64,000 nucleotides of DNA from assembly GCA_024401855.1 (NCBI GenBank), contig JAKSKH010000002.1, positions 31,589 to 95,588 on the forward strand, written 5' to 3'. This stretch comes from Bacteroidales bacterium (GTDB lineage Bacteria > Bacteroidota > Bacteroidia > Bacteroidales > UBA932). Both the position numbers and the translations under genes were made by a program. The notes beneath the pieces were generated by a model that was not told where the DNA came from, searched no databases, and saw only the letters and a list, made by a program, of their open reading frames with translations. Shown in pieces: positions 1-9,142 of the stretch (positions are counted from its first letter, which is position 1; every line of letters starts with the position of its first letter).

Positions 1-606
1 CTTGAAACCTGAAGCGCGGGTATGGTATTGTTTTGCCTTGCTGCGCAGCCGCAGGCATCCGGGCAGTCTCCCGTCATTCTCCAGACCTTCCCTCACGCAG
101 TTCTGCATGGCCTCCCATGCGGTTTGGAGATACTCCCATATCCCTTCTTCGTGCGATTCGACATATTCCCAGAACGACAGGCCCTCCTTTTCGATGAACT
201 CCTGAATCTCTGTCATATGGTTTATGGGATAGACATCCTTTTCAATGTCGTTCCTGTCGGAGGGACCTTCGGACAGATTGCCCCCTCCTATACTGTAAAC
301 ACGCCATTCACCGATAAGACTGCCTTGAGAATCAAAAGCCTCGAACAGCATACCGTTGGTATGATATTCCGGAACCACATCCGCTCTCCACACTATCTCG
401 GTTTCGACCGGAGAAAGCGATTTCATGACAGCCTTGTCCGTCATGTGCCCTTTTCCTGTGGCGGCCAGACTTCCGTAAAGCGTCACCCTGAACCGCGAAG
501 CCGACGGGTGCCTCCCCTTGAATATATCCGCAGCCTTGCATGGACCCATGGTATGGCTGCTGGACGGTCCCATGCCTATTTTGTATATGGATTTTATGCT
601 GTCCAC
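1..606 (-). CDS. sdaA: L-serine ammonia-lyase (Fe-S L-serine dehydratase), 5' part; runs off the window edge
   Basis: Not in the ORF track. Manual translation from GTG at 606 gives MDSIKSIYKIGMGPSSSHTMGP...VTLYGSLAATGKGHMTD...GRLPGCLRL. The GPSSSHT and YGSLAATGKGH motifs are diagnostic. Confidence 0.92.
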   Translation of the reverse strand, partial: MDSIKSIYKIGMGPSSSHTMGPCKAADIFKGRHPSASRFRVTLYGSLAATGKGHMTDKAVMKSLSPVETEIVWRADVVPEYHTNGMLFEAFDSQGSLIGEWRVYSIGGGNLSEGPSDRNDIEKDVYPINHMTEIQEFIEKEGLSFWEYVESHEEGIWEYLQTAWEAMQNCVREGLENDGRLPGCLRLRSKAKQYHTRASGFK

Positions 607-607
607 A

Positions 608-1042
608 CTATTTCTCCTTCAATTCGGCCAGAATTCTTGCTGCACTGTAATCTGGCCAGGTGACGAGAACGTTGGACTGTCCGTCCTCTTTGTTGAGGAT
701 AATCTGGAACTTGGCTTCCTTGCCGTATCCTACCACAATGCCTTTGCCCTTGATGAGATATGACTGCGGGAAATTTTCAACGACGATGTCTTCATTTTTG
801 AAGGATATCTTGTTGTCGGCAATCTTTATTGTGTTGTTCTTGGTATTGATGTTGATCCTGTCGTTGACTTTCCCGTTTGAGAACTTCTTGTTTCCGGCTA
901 TTCCGTCTGCCGCTGACTTTCCCAAAACAGTTATCTTTGTGACGGTAAGGTCATAATTGGTTCTCCCGGACCAGTTGTCCTGCGAAAAAGCTGTGATTCC
1001 CGGAAGAAATGCAAGCAGGCAGAGAATTAACACTTTTTTCAT
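608..1042 (-). CDS. Hypothetical exported protein
   Basis: 144-aa ORF with a signal-peptide-like N-terminus (MKKVLILCLLAFLPGITAFS-Q). Its stop lies 1 bp from the sdaA start. Confidence 0.75.
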   Translation of the reverse strand: MKKVLILCLLAFLPGITAFSQDNWSGRTNYDLTVTKITVLGKSAADGIAGNKKFSNGKVNDRININTKNNTIKIADNKISFKNEDIVVENFPQSYLIKGKGIVVGYGKEAKFQIILNKEDGQSNVLVTWPDYSAARILAELKEK

Positions 1043-1118
1043 ATAGTCCCACGTTTGATTTTCAAATTGTAAATATACCGATTCTTTTTAATATCTTTAC
1101 AATCTCAAAGTGAATTAG

Positions 1119-1502
1119 ATGATAAAGAGCCACAAAATCATAGCCTGTTCATTTGCTGTATTGTTCATGCTGACGGCTGTGCTGACTTCTGAAGATTTTA
1201 ACTCCCTCTGGATTGTTCCAGCATCCATGCTGCTGGCCTTTGCCGTATATCTGACGGCGGGACGCAGAAGCCTGATAGGCTTTTCCATAAGTTTCATTCC
1301 TGCCCTTGTGTTGTGGCTGCTTGCCCGGAAATGTTCAGGATGTGCATGTTTTTGCACAGTCGCCGTACTTTCCTTTATGTGTGCCATTGCCGTACGGGTG
1401 CTGGGCCCGAAAATTCCTCAGGCCAGGGAGTCGACAAGGACTTGGATAGGCTGCGGCATCCTGCTCGTTATTCTTTCCATGATGCCGGCTGCTTTGATTT
1501 GA
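1119..1502 (+). CDS. Hypothetical small membrane protein
   Basis: 127 aa with several hydrophobic stretches; ends 4 bp before the next + strand gene. Confidence 0.55.
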   Translation: MIKSHKIIACSFAVLFMLTAVLTSEDFNSLWIVPASMLLAFAVYLTAGRRSLIGFSISFIPALVLWLLARKCSGCACFCTVAVLSFMCAIAVRVLGPKIPQARESTRTWIGCGILLVILSMMPAALI

Positions 1503-1506
1503 TGTT

Positions 1507-2454
1507 ATGAAGGAACTGCACGAAATACTTGAGGCACCGGATGTGCCCTCCCTTCTTGAACTTCAGAATTCTTTTCTGGAGATCTTCAAGGGATATGAGG
1601 TCTCTTTCAAAAGATATTTTCTCAGTTCCGCCGCTCAGCGTCGGGAATTTCCTGAGGAAACAGTTCCCGTATCGTATATTGTCCAGCCGCCGCTTGACGG
1701 CAATTCGGTTGCCGTTTGGATTTATCTTGTAAAGGACCCGGAAATTGAACTTGTATGGAAGTCCGGTGCTGTCAGTTCTCTTGACGGATCGGAAAACCAG
1801 ACACGTGAGATTCTTGAAGAATATGAGTCGGAACTTTTGTCGCGCGGTCTTTCATTCCGGGAGAACTGTGTACGTACCTGGTTCTTCGTCCACGACATAG
1901 ATAACAACTACGCCGGAATGGTGAAGGCCAGGCGTGAGAACTTCGAATCCGAGAACCTTATTCCGTCGACCCATTATATAGCGAGTACGGGAATATGCGG
2001 CAGCCCTGTGACGGAGGGAGCCCTTGTCCAGATGGATGCGCTGTCTGTATGCGGAGACTTCAGTCAGCGCTACCTGTATGCTCCCGCGTATCTGAATCCG
2101 ACCTATGAGTACGGGGTCACCTTCGAAAGGGGGGTTCGCCTCGACTTCGGAGGGAACAGAATGATCTTCATTTCGGGCACAGCCTCAATAGACAACCGGG
2201 GGCGTGTCGTGCACGTTGGGGATGTGGTGGCACAGACCTTCAGGATGTGGCAGAACGTAGAGGCCCTTCTGGCGGAGGGCGGAAGCGGATGGGAGGATGT
2301 ACAGATGATGCTCGTCTACCTCAGGAATGCCGAGGACTATTCTCTGGTTGCCCCTCTTTTCGAGGAAAGATTCCCCGGAGGGACATATGTGATACTTCAG
2401 GCTCCTGTCTGCAGACCCGACTGGCTTATAGAGATGGAGTGCATAGCCTGCTAG
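1507..2454 (+). CDS. Rid/YjgF-like family hydrolase with a duplicated domain (Hyg5/FkbO-like architecture)
   Basis: C-terminal FISGTASID...VCRPDWLIEMECIA and middle VRTWFFVHDID motifs. Confidence 0.75.
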   Translation: MKELHEILEAPDVPSLLELQNSFLEIFKGYEVSFKRYFLSSAAQRREFPEETVPVSYIVQPPLDGNSVAVWIYLVKDPEIELVWKSGAVSSLDGSENQTREILEEYESELLSRGLSFRENCVRTWFFVHDIDNNYAGMVKARRENFESENLIPSTHYIASTGICGSPVTEGALVQMDALSVCGDFSQRYLYAPAYLNPTYEYGVTFERGVRLDFGGNRMIFISGTASIDNRGRVVHVGDVVAQTFRMWQNVEALLAEGGSGWEDVQMMLVYLRNAEDYSLVAPLFEERFPGGTYVILQAPVCRPDWLIEMECIAC

Positions 2455-4711
2455 CCTTTCCGGCAACCAGATCCACTGTCTTCTCCGTATTTCCGCATTT
2501 TACTACAATTTCTTGAGAAACAGGACTTTGCAGCGTGATTTCAACTTTGTTGCAGTCCCATTTGCAGTTAACTGTAATGTTGCCGCGAGCCTTGAGACCC
2601 TTGAACGAGCCTTCTTCCCAGCAGTCGGGTATCGCCGGAAGCAGTTCAACGATTCTGAGGCCGTTCCCGTTTCTGCGGTGGCTTTGCAGAAGCATTTCCA
2701 TTACACCCGCGCTTCCGCCGAAGTTGCCGTCTATCTGGAAAGGCGGATGTGCGCAGAACAGGTTGGGATAGGAACCTGCCTCGTCTCCATTGTATTTTTC
2801 GTGCAGGCCTTCCGTGTAAACCGGTGCCAGCAGCTGCTTGAGCATATAATAGGCATGGTTGCCGTCGCCGATGCGGGCCCAGAAGTTGATTTTCCAAGCG
2901 CGTGACCAGCCGGTGCCGCCATCGCCCCTTCTTTCCAGAGTCTTCCTGCAGGCTTCGATGAGCTCGGGACTGTCTATCGTCGTCCCGGGGTGCAGACCGA
3001 ACAAGTGGCTTACGTGGCGGTGTTGGATGTCTATCTCCTCGTAGTCTTCCAGCCATTCCTGAAGATATCCTCCTTCCGCTATTTTCATGTCCGGCATTCT
3101 TGATGCCGTAACCATAAGATTGTCTGCAAATGCACTGTCCTCGCCAAGAATGTCGGAGGCTTGCTTCACTGCGCCGAATATCTCCTTGCATATCTGGGTA
3201 TCCATAGTGGGCCCTGCGCAAATCTGACATGCTTCTCCGTTGATGAAAAAGCCGTTTTCCGGCGAAGAGCTCGGGCCCGTGACGAGATGACCGTCCATCT
3301 CGAACAGGCTGGCCTGCAGGAACTCGGCGGCACCGCGCAGGGTAGGGTAGACTCTGCGCAGGTAGTCCTCATCCAAGGTGAACTGATAGTGCTCCCACAT
3401 CTGCAGTGCGGCCCAGGCTCCACCGGTAAGGGAGGCGCCCCACATCGGATTTTCTGCCGGTGCGGTGAAGTGCCATACGTTTGCAAGTACGTTTGCCGTC
3501 CATCCCGGGATGCCTCCGTAGAAGTCCCTGGCTGTTTTTTCTCCGGACGGAACCAGACCTTCGATGTATGATGTGAACGGTAGGTCGGCTTCCGGAAGAT
3601 TGCCTGCCTGTGCCGGCCAGTGGTTCATCTCCACGTTGATGTTCATATGGTAGTCGCCGTTCCATGGCGTACTGCATCCGTCAGCCCAGATGCCCTGAAG
3701 GTTGGGGGGCAGGGTGGCGCGTGCGGTGGATGCTATCAGAAGGTACCTGCCGTATTGGGCATACAGGGCCGCACTGTCCCTGATGTCCAGTTCCACACGG
3801 TCGAAGAGTTCCCTGTGCGCGGCTGTCTGCCTGCTCTTCAGGCTTTCAAAGGAATGTCTGGAAGCATTGTCCAGCGTGCTGTCTACCGCAGCTTCCGGAT
3901 CTGCATGATTGTAGGATGTGGCGGCTGCTATGAGAATGACGGTTCGGGAGGCATCATCGACGATTATGCTGTCGGCCTCCGCACTGATGTGACCGTTGCC
4001 GCATACAAGTGCCTTGCATACATAATGTACCCCGTTGTTCGGCTGTCCCGGCTGTTCCTTTCCAGATGCCAGTGTGCCCTGCATCGTAATGGTGTTGCCT
4101 TCGGCCGTAACGCATGCATCCTTTTCCCTTGTCAGCCTGATGCCCATTGAGCCGCGTTTGCTTCCGCACAGGCTGATTGCCACTACGTCATCCGGTATTG
4201 ACGCCAGGTATTCACGTTCCACTGTTCCTTTCCCGAGCTTGAATCCGGTTCTTGCAATGCTGTTGCGAAGGCTCAGGTTGCGATGGTATTCAGTTACCGG
4301 TTCAACTATGTCATGATGCGTGATTTCAACGGCTCCAAGAGTCTGGTACTGGCCGTATTGCGGGTTCTCGCCTCCGCCGCCCGCACATACGAAATGCTTC
4401 CACATCAGTTGCTGCGCCTCCACATTCTTTCCCTCAATCAGTTTGCGGCGTATTTCGGGGAGCCACTCCGATGCTTCCGGATTGACGGGGTCCCACTCGC
4501 TGCCGCTCCACATACTCTCCTCGTTGAGCACTATGTGTTCCTTTGTGATCCCCCCGTCCGGCATGGCTCCTATGCGTCCGTTGCCGAGGGGAAGCGTTTC
4601 CTCCCATATTTCTGCGGGTCTGTCGATTGTAACTGCCAGTCTGTCATTCGGTGTACCGGTTGAACATGAGATTACTGTGAGAACGGAAATCAGGAGTGCG
4701 GCTTTTTTCAT
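2426..4711 (-). CDS. Glycoside hydrolase family 95 (alpha-1,2-L-fucosidase-like), probable lipoprotein
   Basis: LPLGNGRIGAM, NLQGIW, WNGDYHMNINVEMNHW, HRHVSHL, GTGWSRAW and PPFQIDGNFG motifs. Likely start MKKAALL at 4711 with a lipobox Cys; the ORF track starts at 4759. Confidence 0.93.
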   Translation of the reverse strand: MKKAALLISVLTVISCSTGTPNDRLAVTIDRPAEIWEETLPLGNGRIGAMPDGGITKEHIVLNEESMWSGSEWDPVNPEASEWLPEIRRKLIEGKNVEAQQLMWKHFVCAGGGGENPQYGQYQTLGAVEITHHDIVEPVTEYHRNLSLRNSIARTGFKLGKGTVEREYLASIPDDVVAISLCGSKRGSMGIRLTREKDACVTAEGNTITMQGTLASGKEQPGQPNNGVHYVCKALVCGNGHISAEADSIIVDDASRTVILIAAATSYNHADPEAAVDSTLDNASRHSFESLKSRQTAAHRELFDRVELDIRDSAALYAQYGRYLLIASTARATLPPNLQGIWADGCSTPWNGDYHMNINVEMNHWPAQAGNLPEADLPFTSYIEGLVPSGEKTARDFYGGIPGWTANVLANVWHFTAPAENPMWGASLTGGAWAALQMWEHYQFTLDEDYLRRVYPTLRGAAEFLQASLFEMDGHLVTGPSSSPENGFFINGEACQICAGPTMDTQICKEIFGAVKQASDILGEDSAFADNLMVTASRMPDMKIAEGGYLQEWLEDYEEIDIQHRHVSHLFGLHPGTTIDSPELIEACRKTLERRGDGGTGWSRAWKINFWARIGDGNHAYYMLKQLLAPVYTEGLHEKYNGDEAGSYPNLFCAHPPFQIDGNFGGSAGVMEMLLQSHRRNGNGLRIVELLPAIPDCWEEGSFKGLKARGNITVNCKWDCNKVEITLQSPVSQEIVVKCGNTEKTVDLVAGKASRLCTPSL

Positions 4712-4736
4712 GTATGTCTTTGATTTGTTTTGCAAA

Positions 4737-4770
4737 TATAAAAAAATCCGGCTCATCAAGAACCGGATTC
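4737..4770 (-). terminator. Intrinsic terminator of the rpsF-rpsR-rplI operon
   Basis: AATCCGG...CCGGATT stem followed on the minus strand by a T-run, just downstream of rplI. Confidence 0.65.
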
Positions 4771-4794
4771 CTTTATTTTACAGTTGGATGTGAG

Positions 4795-5235
4795 CTATTC
4801 GGCGACAACTTCCACGTTAACTGTTGCGAACACGCCTTTGTAGCACTTTACTTTTGCCTCGTAATTGCCGAGTTCCTTGATTTCAGGAACAGTGACGTTC
4901 TTCTTGTCAACGTCTGCTCCCTTTGCTGCAAGGGCCTCTGCCACCTGTGCTGCTGTAACGGAACCGTAGAGCTTGCCTTCTTCGCCAACTTTTGCTGCGA
5001 TCTTGACTTCGATTGCGGCAATCTTTGCTGCAAGGGCCTCTGCATCTGCTACGAGCTTAGCCTCTTTATGTGCTCTCTGACGAACGGTCTCCTCATGCTG
5101 CTTGAGCGCTGACTTCGTAGCCACTGTAGCAAAACCCTGAGGAACGAGATAATTGAGAGCGTAACCTGTCTTGACTTCTACCACTTCTCCGGCCTCGCCG
5201 AGATTGGCAACTTCTTTCTTAAGGATGATCTTCAT
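4795..5235 (-). CDS. rplI: 50S ribosomal protein L9
   Basis: MKIILKKEVANLG...VKTGYALNYLVP, GKLYGSVT; operon context. Confidence 0.97.
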   Translation of the reverse strand: MKIILKKEVANLGEAGEVVEVKTGYALNYLVPQGFATVATKSALKQHEETVRQRAHKEAKLVADAEALAAKIAAIEVKIAAKVGEEGKLYGSVTAAQVAEALAAKGADVDKKNVTVPEIKELGNYEAKVKCYKGVFATVNVEVVAE

Positions 5236-5244
5236 AACTCTCGA

Positions 5245-5517
5245 TTATTTAAGGAGGTCAGTAACATAAGGAAGGAGGGCGATTGAGCGGGCGCGCTTAA
5301 TTGCCTGAGCGACTTTGCGCTGGAACTTGAGGGAAGTACCGGTGATGCGGCGAGGGAGAATCTTGCCCTGCTCGTTGAGGAACTTCTTAAGGAACTCCGG
5401 ATCCTTATAGTCGATATACTTGATGCCTGCTTTCTTGAAACGGCAGTATTTTTTCTTGCGAACCTCTACGGTAGGAGGATTCAGATAACGGATTTCGTTG
5501 TTCTCTATGTTTGCCAT
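5245..5517 (-). CDS. rpsR: 30S ribosomal protein S18
   Basis: [26 protein letters not shown]...AIKRAR. Confidence 0.98.
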   Translation of the reverse strand: MANIENNEIRYLNPPTVEVRKKKYCRFKKAGIKYIDYKDPEFLKKFLNEQGKILPRRITGTSLKFQRKVAQAIKRARSIALLPYVTDLLK

Positions 5518-5520
5518 AAT

Positions 5521-5919
5521 TTATTTCTCCTCATCTGCTTTAGGTTCAACTTCTGCCTTGGGCTCTTCCTTGGGTGCAGCGGCCTTTTCAGCCTTCTTTG
5601 CACGGCGATGCTCTGCATATGCAACGGCATTCTTGTCAAGAGCGACTGTGATGAAGCGGATGATGCGCTCGTCACGGTGATACTGGGTCTCGAGTGTTGC
5701 GACAAACTCGGGATTTGCCTTGAATTCAATCAGGTGGTAAAATCCTGATGTCTTGTGCTGGATGGGGTATGCAAGCTGCTTGAGACCCCAGTCCTCCTGG
5801 TACACGATTTCTCCACCGTTGTCGGTGATGAGGCTTGTGTACTTGGCAACCGCTTCCTTCATCTGAGCTTCAGACAAAACGGGAGTTGCAATGAAAACGG
5901 TTTCGTACTGTTTGATCAT
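5521..5919 (-). CDS. rpsF: 30S ribosomal protein S6
   Basis: YETVFIATP, WGLKQLAYPI, GFYHL motifs. Confidence 0.97.
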   Translation of the reverse strand: MIKQYETVFIATPVLSEAQMKEAVAKYTSLITDNGGEIVYQEDWGLKQLAYPIQHKTSGFYHLIEFKANPEFVATLETQYHRDERIIRFITVALDKNAVAYAEHRRAKKAEKAAAPKEEPKAEVEPKADEEK

Positions 5920-5969
5920 TTTTTTGAAAATTTATTTAAAATAAAAGCCCCTTTTTACATAAGGGGCTG

Positions 5970-6001
5970 CAAATATACTAAATATATTTAATGTGTGCAA
6001 A
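5970..6001 (-). promoter_or_regulatory. Bacteroidetes sigmaA promoter of rpsF
   Basis: Minus strand reads TTTG-N20-TATATTTG (-33/-7 consensus). Confidence 0.65.
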
Positions 6002-6548
6002 ATTTCTCGGGATGCCTTGCTGTATAACCCTTTGCTTCATAATGTGCCTGGATTTTTTCCGTGTCTTCCCTGGCATTGTCCGATGTGTCGAATCTCTCGC
6101 CTCTTCCTATATGTTTCGTTTTCCAGTCAAAGTATCCGAGATATACGGGGCAGTTCAGGGCTTTCGCTATCAGGTGGTAGCCCGTCTTCCATTTGTGCAC
6201 CGGCTTGCGTGTGCCTTCCGGAGCAATGCAGATATGAAATTCCCCCTTGGACTCTTCCGCGGCGCTGATTACGCTTCTTACGACGGTGGCCCCGTTGCTG
6301 CGGTCTACGGGAATGCATCCGACCTTCTTCAGGAGAGGGCCGACGGGCCAGAAGAAGAATTCCTTCTTAATCATGATATGCGCCGTATGGCCGATCCCGG
6401 TATAATACAGATAGGATACGAAAAAATCCCCTATGCTTGTGTGCGGTACTCCGAGTATCACGCATTTCTCCTCGGGAGCCGCTCCGTAGTCTACTGTCCA
6501 TCCCATTTTCTTAAGGAGATGGGCGCAGAATTTCTGCCAGTGTGTCAT
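5988..6548 (-). CDS. 1-acyl-sn-glycerol-3-phosphate acyltransferase (PlsC family)
   Basis: HTSIGD (HX4D) and APEGTR motifs. Confidence 0.88.
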   Translation of the reverse strand: MTHWQKFCAHLLKKMGWTVDYGAAPEEKCVILGVPHTSIGDFFVSYLYYTGIGHTAHIMIKKEFFFWPVGPLLKKVGCIPVDRSNGATVVRSVISAAEESKGEFHICIAPEGTRKPVHKWKTGYHLIAKALNCPVYLGYFDWKTKHIGRGERFDTSDNAREDTEKIQAHYEAKGYTARHPEKFCTH

Positions 6549-6549
6549 G

Positions 6550-8439
6550 TCATTGAATGTTTATGTCTTCGAGCTCTTCTTCCGAACGCAGGTTGGCGCG
6601 GATGAAATTCTGTCTTTCTATGGTGTTGTCGCCCATATAGAAGGCCATTATGTCGGATATTGACTCCTCATCTGCCAGTTTGACGATGTCCAGCCTCATG
6701 TTCTCTCCGATGAAGTCGGCGAATTCGTTGGACGAGATTTCTCCCAGACCCTTGAAGCGTGTTATTTCCACGCCGTTCTTAAGGTCTTTGACAGCTTTCT
6801 CCTTTTCATCTATGGAATAGCAGTATCTGTTTTCCTTTTTGTTGCGAACACGGAAGAGGGGCGTCTGAAGGATGTGCACGTGGCCGCGTCTGATGAGGTC
6901 GGGGTAGTATTTCATGAAGAAGGTGAGCACCAGCATTCTGATGTGCATTCCGTCATCATCGGCATCGGTGGCCACGATGATGTTGTTGTACCTGAGGTTC
7001 TCCAGGTCATCCTCTACGCCGAGCGCCGATACCAGCAGGTTCAGCTCTTCGTTTTCCGCGACCTTCCTATGGCTCTCCTTATAGCAGTTTATGGGCTTTC
7101 CGCGCAGGGAGAACACTGCCTGATTATTGGCGTTGCGGGCCTTGGTGATGGTTCCGCTCGCGGAATCTCCCTCAGTGATGAATATGCTTGAGGCCTCAAT
7201 GTCTTCCTGTGTCTTTTCCGTTACCTTGTCATTGAAATGATAGCGGCAGTCGCGGAGCTTCCGGTTATAGACGTTTGCCTTCTTGTTGCGCTCGCGCGTC
7301 TTTTTCTGGATTCCGGAGATTTCCTCGCGCTCCTGCTGGCTTGATTTGATTTTCTCTTCTATCACCGGTACCAGTTCCTTGTGTACCGTGAGATAGTCGT
7401 CAAGTGCTTTGGATACGAAATCATTCACGAATGAACGTATGGTCTGCCCGTGCTCTCCGGTGGCCGGTTTCTCCCACATATAGGTTGAACCGAGCTTCAT
7501 CTTGGTCTGCGCCTCGAATGTGGGTTCCTGTATCTGTATGCTTATAGCTCCCACGACTCCCTGACGGCAGTCTTCCGGAGCGTAGTTCTTCTTGAAGAAT
7601 TCCTTGAGAGTCTTTGCTATGGCTTCCCTGTATGCGGCGAGGTGGGTGCCTCCGTCCCTGGTGTTCTGACCGTTGACGAAGGATGAAATGTTCTCTCCAT
7701 AGGAATTGCCGTGGGTGAGTACTATTTCTATGTCTTCACCTTCAAGATGTACAGGAGGGTATAGCGGCTCTTCGCTGATGTTTTCGTTGACGAGGTCAAG
7801 CAGACCGTTTTCAGACTTGTAGGAGACTCCGTTGAAGACCAGAGTCAGCCCTTTCTTGAGGTAGGAGTAGTTCTTTACCATAGTCTCCACGAAGTCCATG
7901 TTGAAACTGAAATCCTTGAAAAGGGCGGCATCCGGGAAGAATTCCACGAGCGTTCCGTTCTTCTCCCTGGTGGATTCGCGTCCGCTCTCTTTCAGCTCGC
8001 CTCTCTCAAAGCGGGCCCATGCGCATTCCCCGTCACGATGGGAGCATACATAGAAACTTTCTGACAGGGCATTGACCGCCTTGGTTCCCACACCGTTCAG
8101 ACCTACTGATTTCTTGAAGACCTTGTCGTCGAACTTGCCTCCGGTGTTGAGTATGCTGACGGCCCTGACAACGGCATCGAGAGGAATGCCGCGTCCGAAA
8201 TCACGCACGCGCACGTGGTTGTCCTCGATTCCTATCTGTATCTGCTTGCCGAAACCCATTGCGAACTCATCTATGGAGTTGTCGACGATTTCCTTCAGGA
8301 GCACATATATGCCGTCGCTTGGATTGCGACCGTCTCCAAGCCGTCCGATGTACATTCCCGGACGCATCCTGATATGCTGGACCCCTTCCAGCGTGCGGAT
8401 GGTTTCACCGGTATAGTTGGTCTGAACTTCTTCTGCCAT
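6550..8439 (-). CDS. parE: DNA topoisomerase IV subunit B
   Basis: EIVDNSIDE, GLNGVG, ITEGDSA, SLRGK, ATDADDDG, TRFKGLGEI; Bacteroidetes ParE type. Confidence 0.92.
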   Translation of the reverse strand: MAEEVQTNYTGETIRTLEGVQHIRMRPGMYIGRLGDGRNPSDGIYVLLKEIVDNSIDEFAMGFGKQIQIGIEDNHVRVRDFGRGIPLDAVVRAVSILNTGGKFDDKVFKKSVGLNGVGTKAVNALSESFYVCSHRDGECAWARFERGELKESGRESTREKNGTLVEFFPDAALFKDFSFNMDFVETMVKNYSYLKKGLTLVFNGVSYKSENGLLDLVNENISEEPLYPPVHLEGEDIEIVLTHGNSYGENISSFVNGQNTRDGGTHLAAYREAIAKTLKEFFKKNYAPEDCRQGVVGAISIQIQEPTFEAQTKMKLGSTYMWEKPATGEHGQTIRSFVNDFVSKALDDYLTVHKELVPVIEEKIKSSQQEREEISGIQKKTRERNKKANVYNRKLRDCRYHFNDKVTEKTQEDIEASSIFITEGDSASGTITKARNANNQAVFSLRGKPINCYKESHRKVAENEELNLLVSALGVEDDLENLRYNNIIVATDADDDGMHIRMLVLTFFMKYYPDLIRRGHVHILQTPLFRVRNKKENRYCYSIDEKEKAVKDLKNGVEITRFKGLGEISSNEFADFIGENMRLDIVKLADEESISDIMAFYMGDNTIERQNFIRANLRSEEELEDINIQ

Positions 8440-8443
8440 TTCG

Positions 8444-8797
8444 CTATTTTTTTGTCACGTTCCCCTTGATGTGGAGAATCGTCGGTTTCTTGGTGTCCGT
8501 GGTGTAGACTGTCAGGGTTTTGTCGAACGGGTATGGACCGTCATTGTTGGTAAATGTCACATTGATGGTCCCGCTGCCTCCCTGAGGGATGCTTTCCTTG
8601 GTCCACTTGGCATTTGTGCATCCACAGGATGTTATTACCGTCAGAATGGTCACGGGCTCCTCTCCCGTATTCTTCAGGGTGAAACAACAGGTCTGCGGAC
8701 CGTCGGACTCCTTGATTGTCCCGAAGTCGTGGACTGTCTTGTCGAACTGGATATGGGCAGCCGCCATAATGGCAAGCGCCATAAGTAATGCTTTCAT
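8444..8797 (-). CDS. DUF1573-like Ig-fold exported protein
   Basis: FDKTVHDFG...NTG...TSCGCT...I.PG pattern. Confidence 0.8.
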   Translation of the reverse strand: MKALLMALAIMAAAHIQFDKTVHDFGTIKESDGPQTCCFTLKNTGEEPVTILTVITSCGCTNAKWTKESIPQGGSGTINVTFTNNDGPYPFDKTLTVYTTDTKKPTILHIKGNVTKK

Positions 8798-8836
8798 AAC
8801 TTCACAAAGTTACTACAAATTTCTTTCAGCGGAAAT

Positions 8837-8868
8837 TTTGATTATTGTTATTTTTACTATTAAATTTG
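8837..8868 (+). promoter_or_regulatory. Bacteroidetes sigmaA promoter of the ferredoxin gene
   Basis: TTTG(8837-8840)-N20-TAAATTTG(8861-8868). Confidence 0.65.
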
Positions 8869-8891
8869 TGAACAAATAACATTTTAAGATT

Positions 8892-9065
8892 ATGGCATAT
8901 AAAATTTCTCCAGACATCTGTGTGGCATGTGGAACTTGCCAGGGTGAGTGCCCTTCAGGCGCTATCAAGGAAGGTGACGTTTATTCAATTGATCCCGAAG
9001 TCTGCATCAGCTGCGGTACCTGCGCTGACGCCTGCCCTATGGGAGCCATCTCACCGGAAGAATAA
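8892..9065 (+). CDS. 2[4Fe-4S] ferredoxin, 57 aa
   Basis: Below the ORF-track cutoff. Translates as MAYKISPDICVACGTCQGECPSGAIKEGDVYSIDPEVCISCGTCADACPMGAISPEE, with two CxxCxxCxxxCP motifs. Confidence 0.96.
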   Translation: MAYKISPDICVACGTCQGECPSGAIKEGDVYSIDPEVCISCGTCADACPMGAISPEE

Positions 9066-9077
9066 GAATACCACAAG

Positions 9078-9127
9078 ATAATTCAACAGGGGTGACATCA
9101 AAGTTGATGCCACCCCTGTTGAATTAT
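9078..9127. terminator. Long inverted repeat, probable bidirectional terminator
   Basis: ATAATTCAACAGGGGTGACATCAA and TTGATGCCACCCCTGTTGAATTAT form a 24-bp stem with one mismatch, between convergent genes. Confidence 0.7.
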
Positions 9128-9142
9128 ACCTCCGCCGGTCTG

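Noticed and set aside
22-663. 213-aa plus-strand ORF
   Set aside because: Antisense shadow of sdaA, which has diagnostic motifs on the minus strand.
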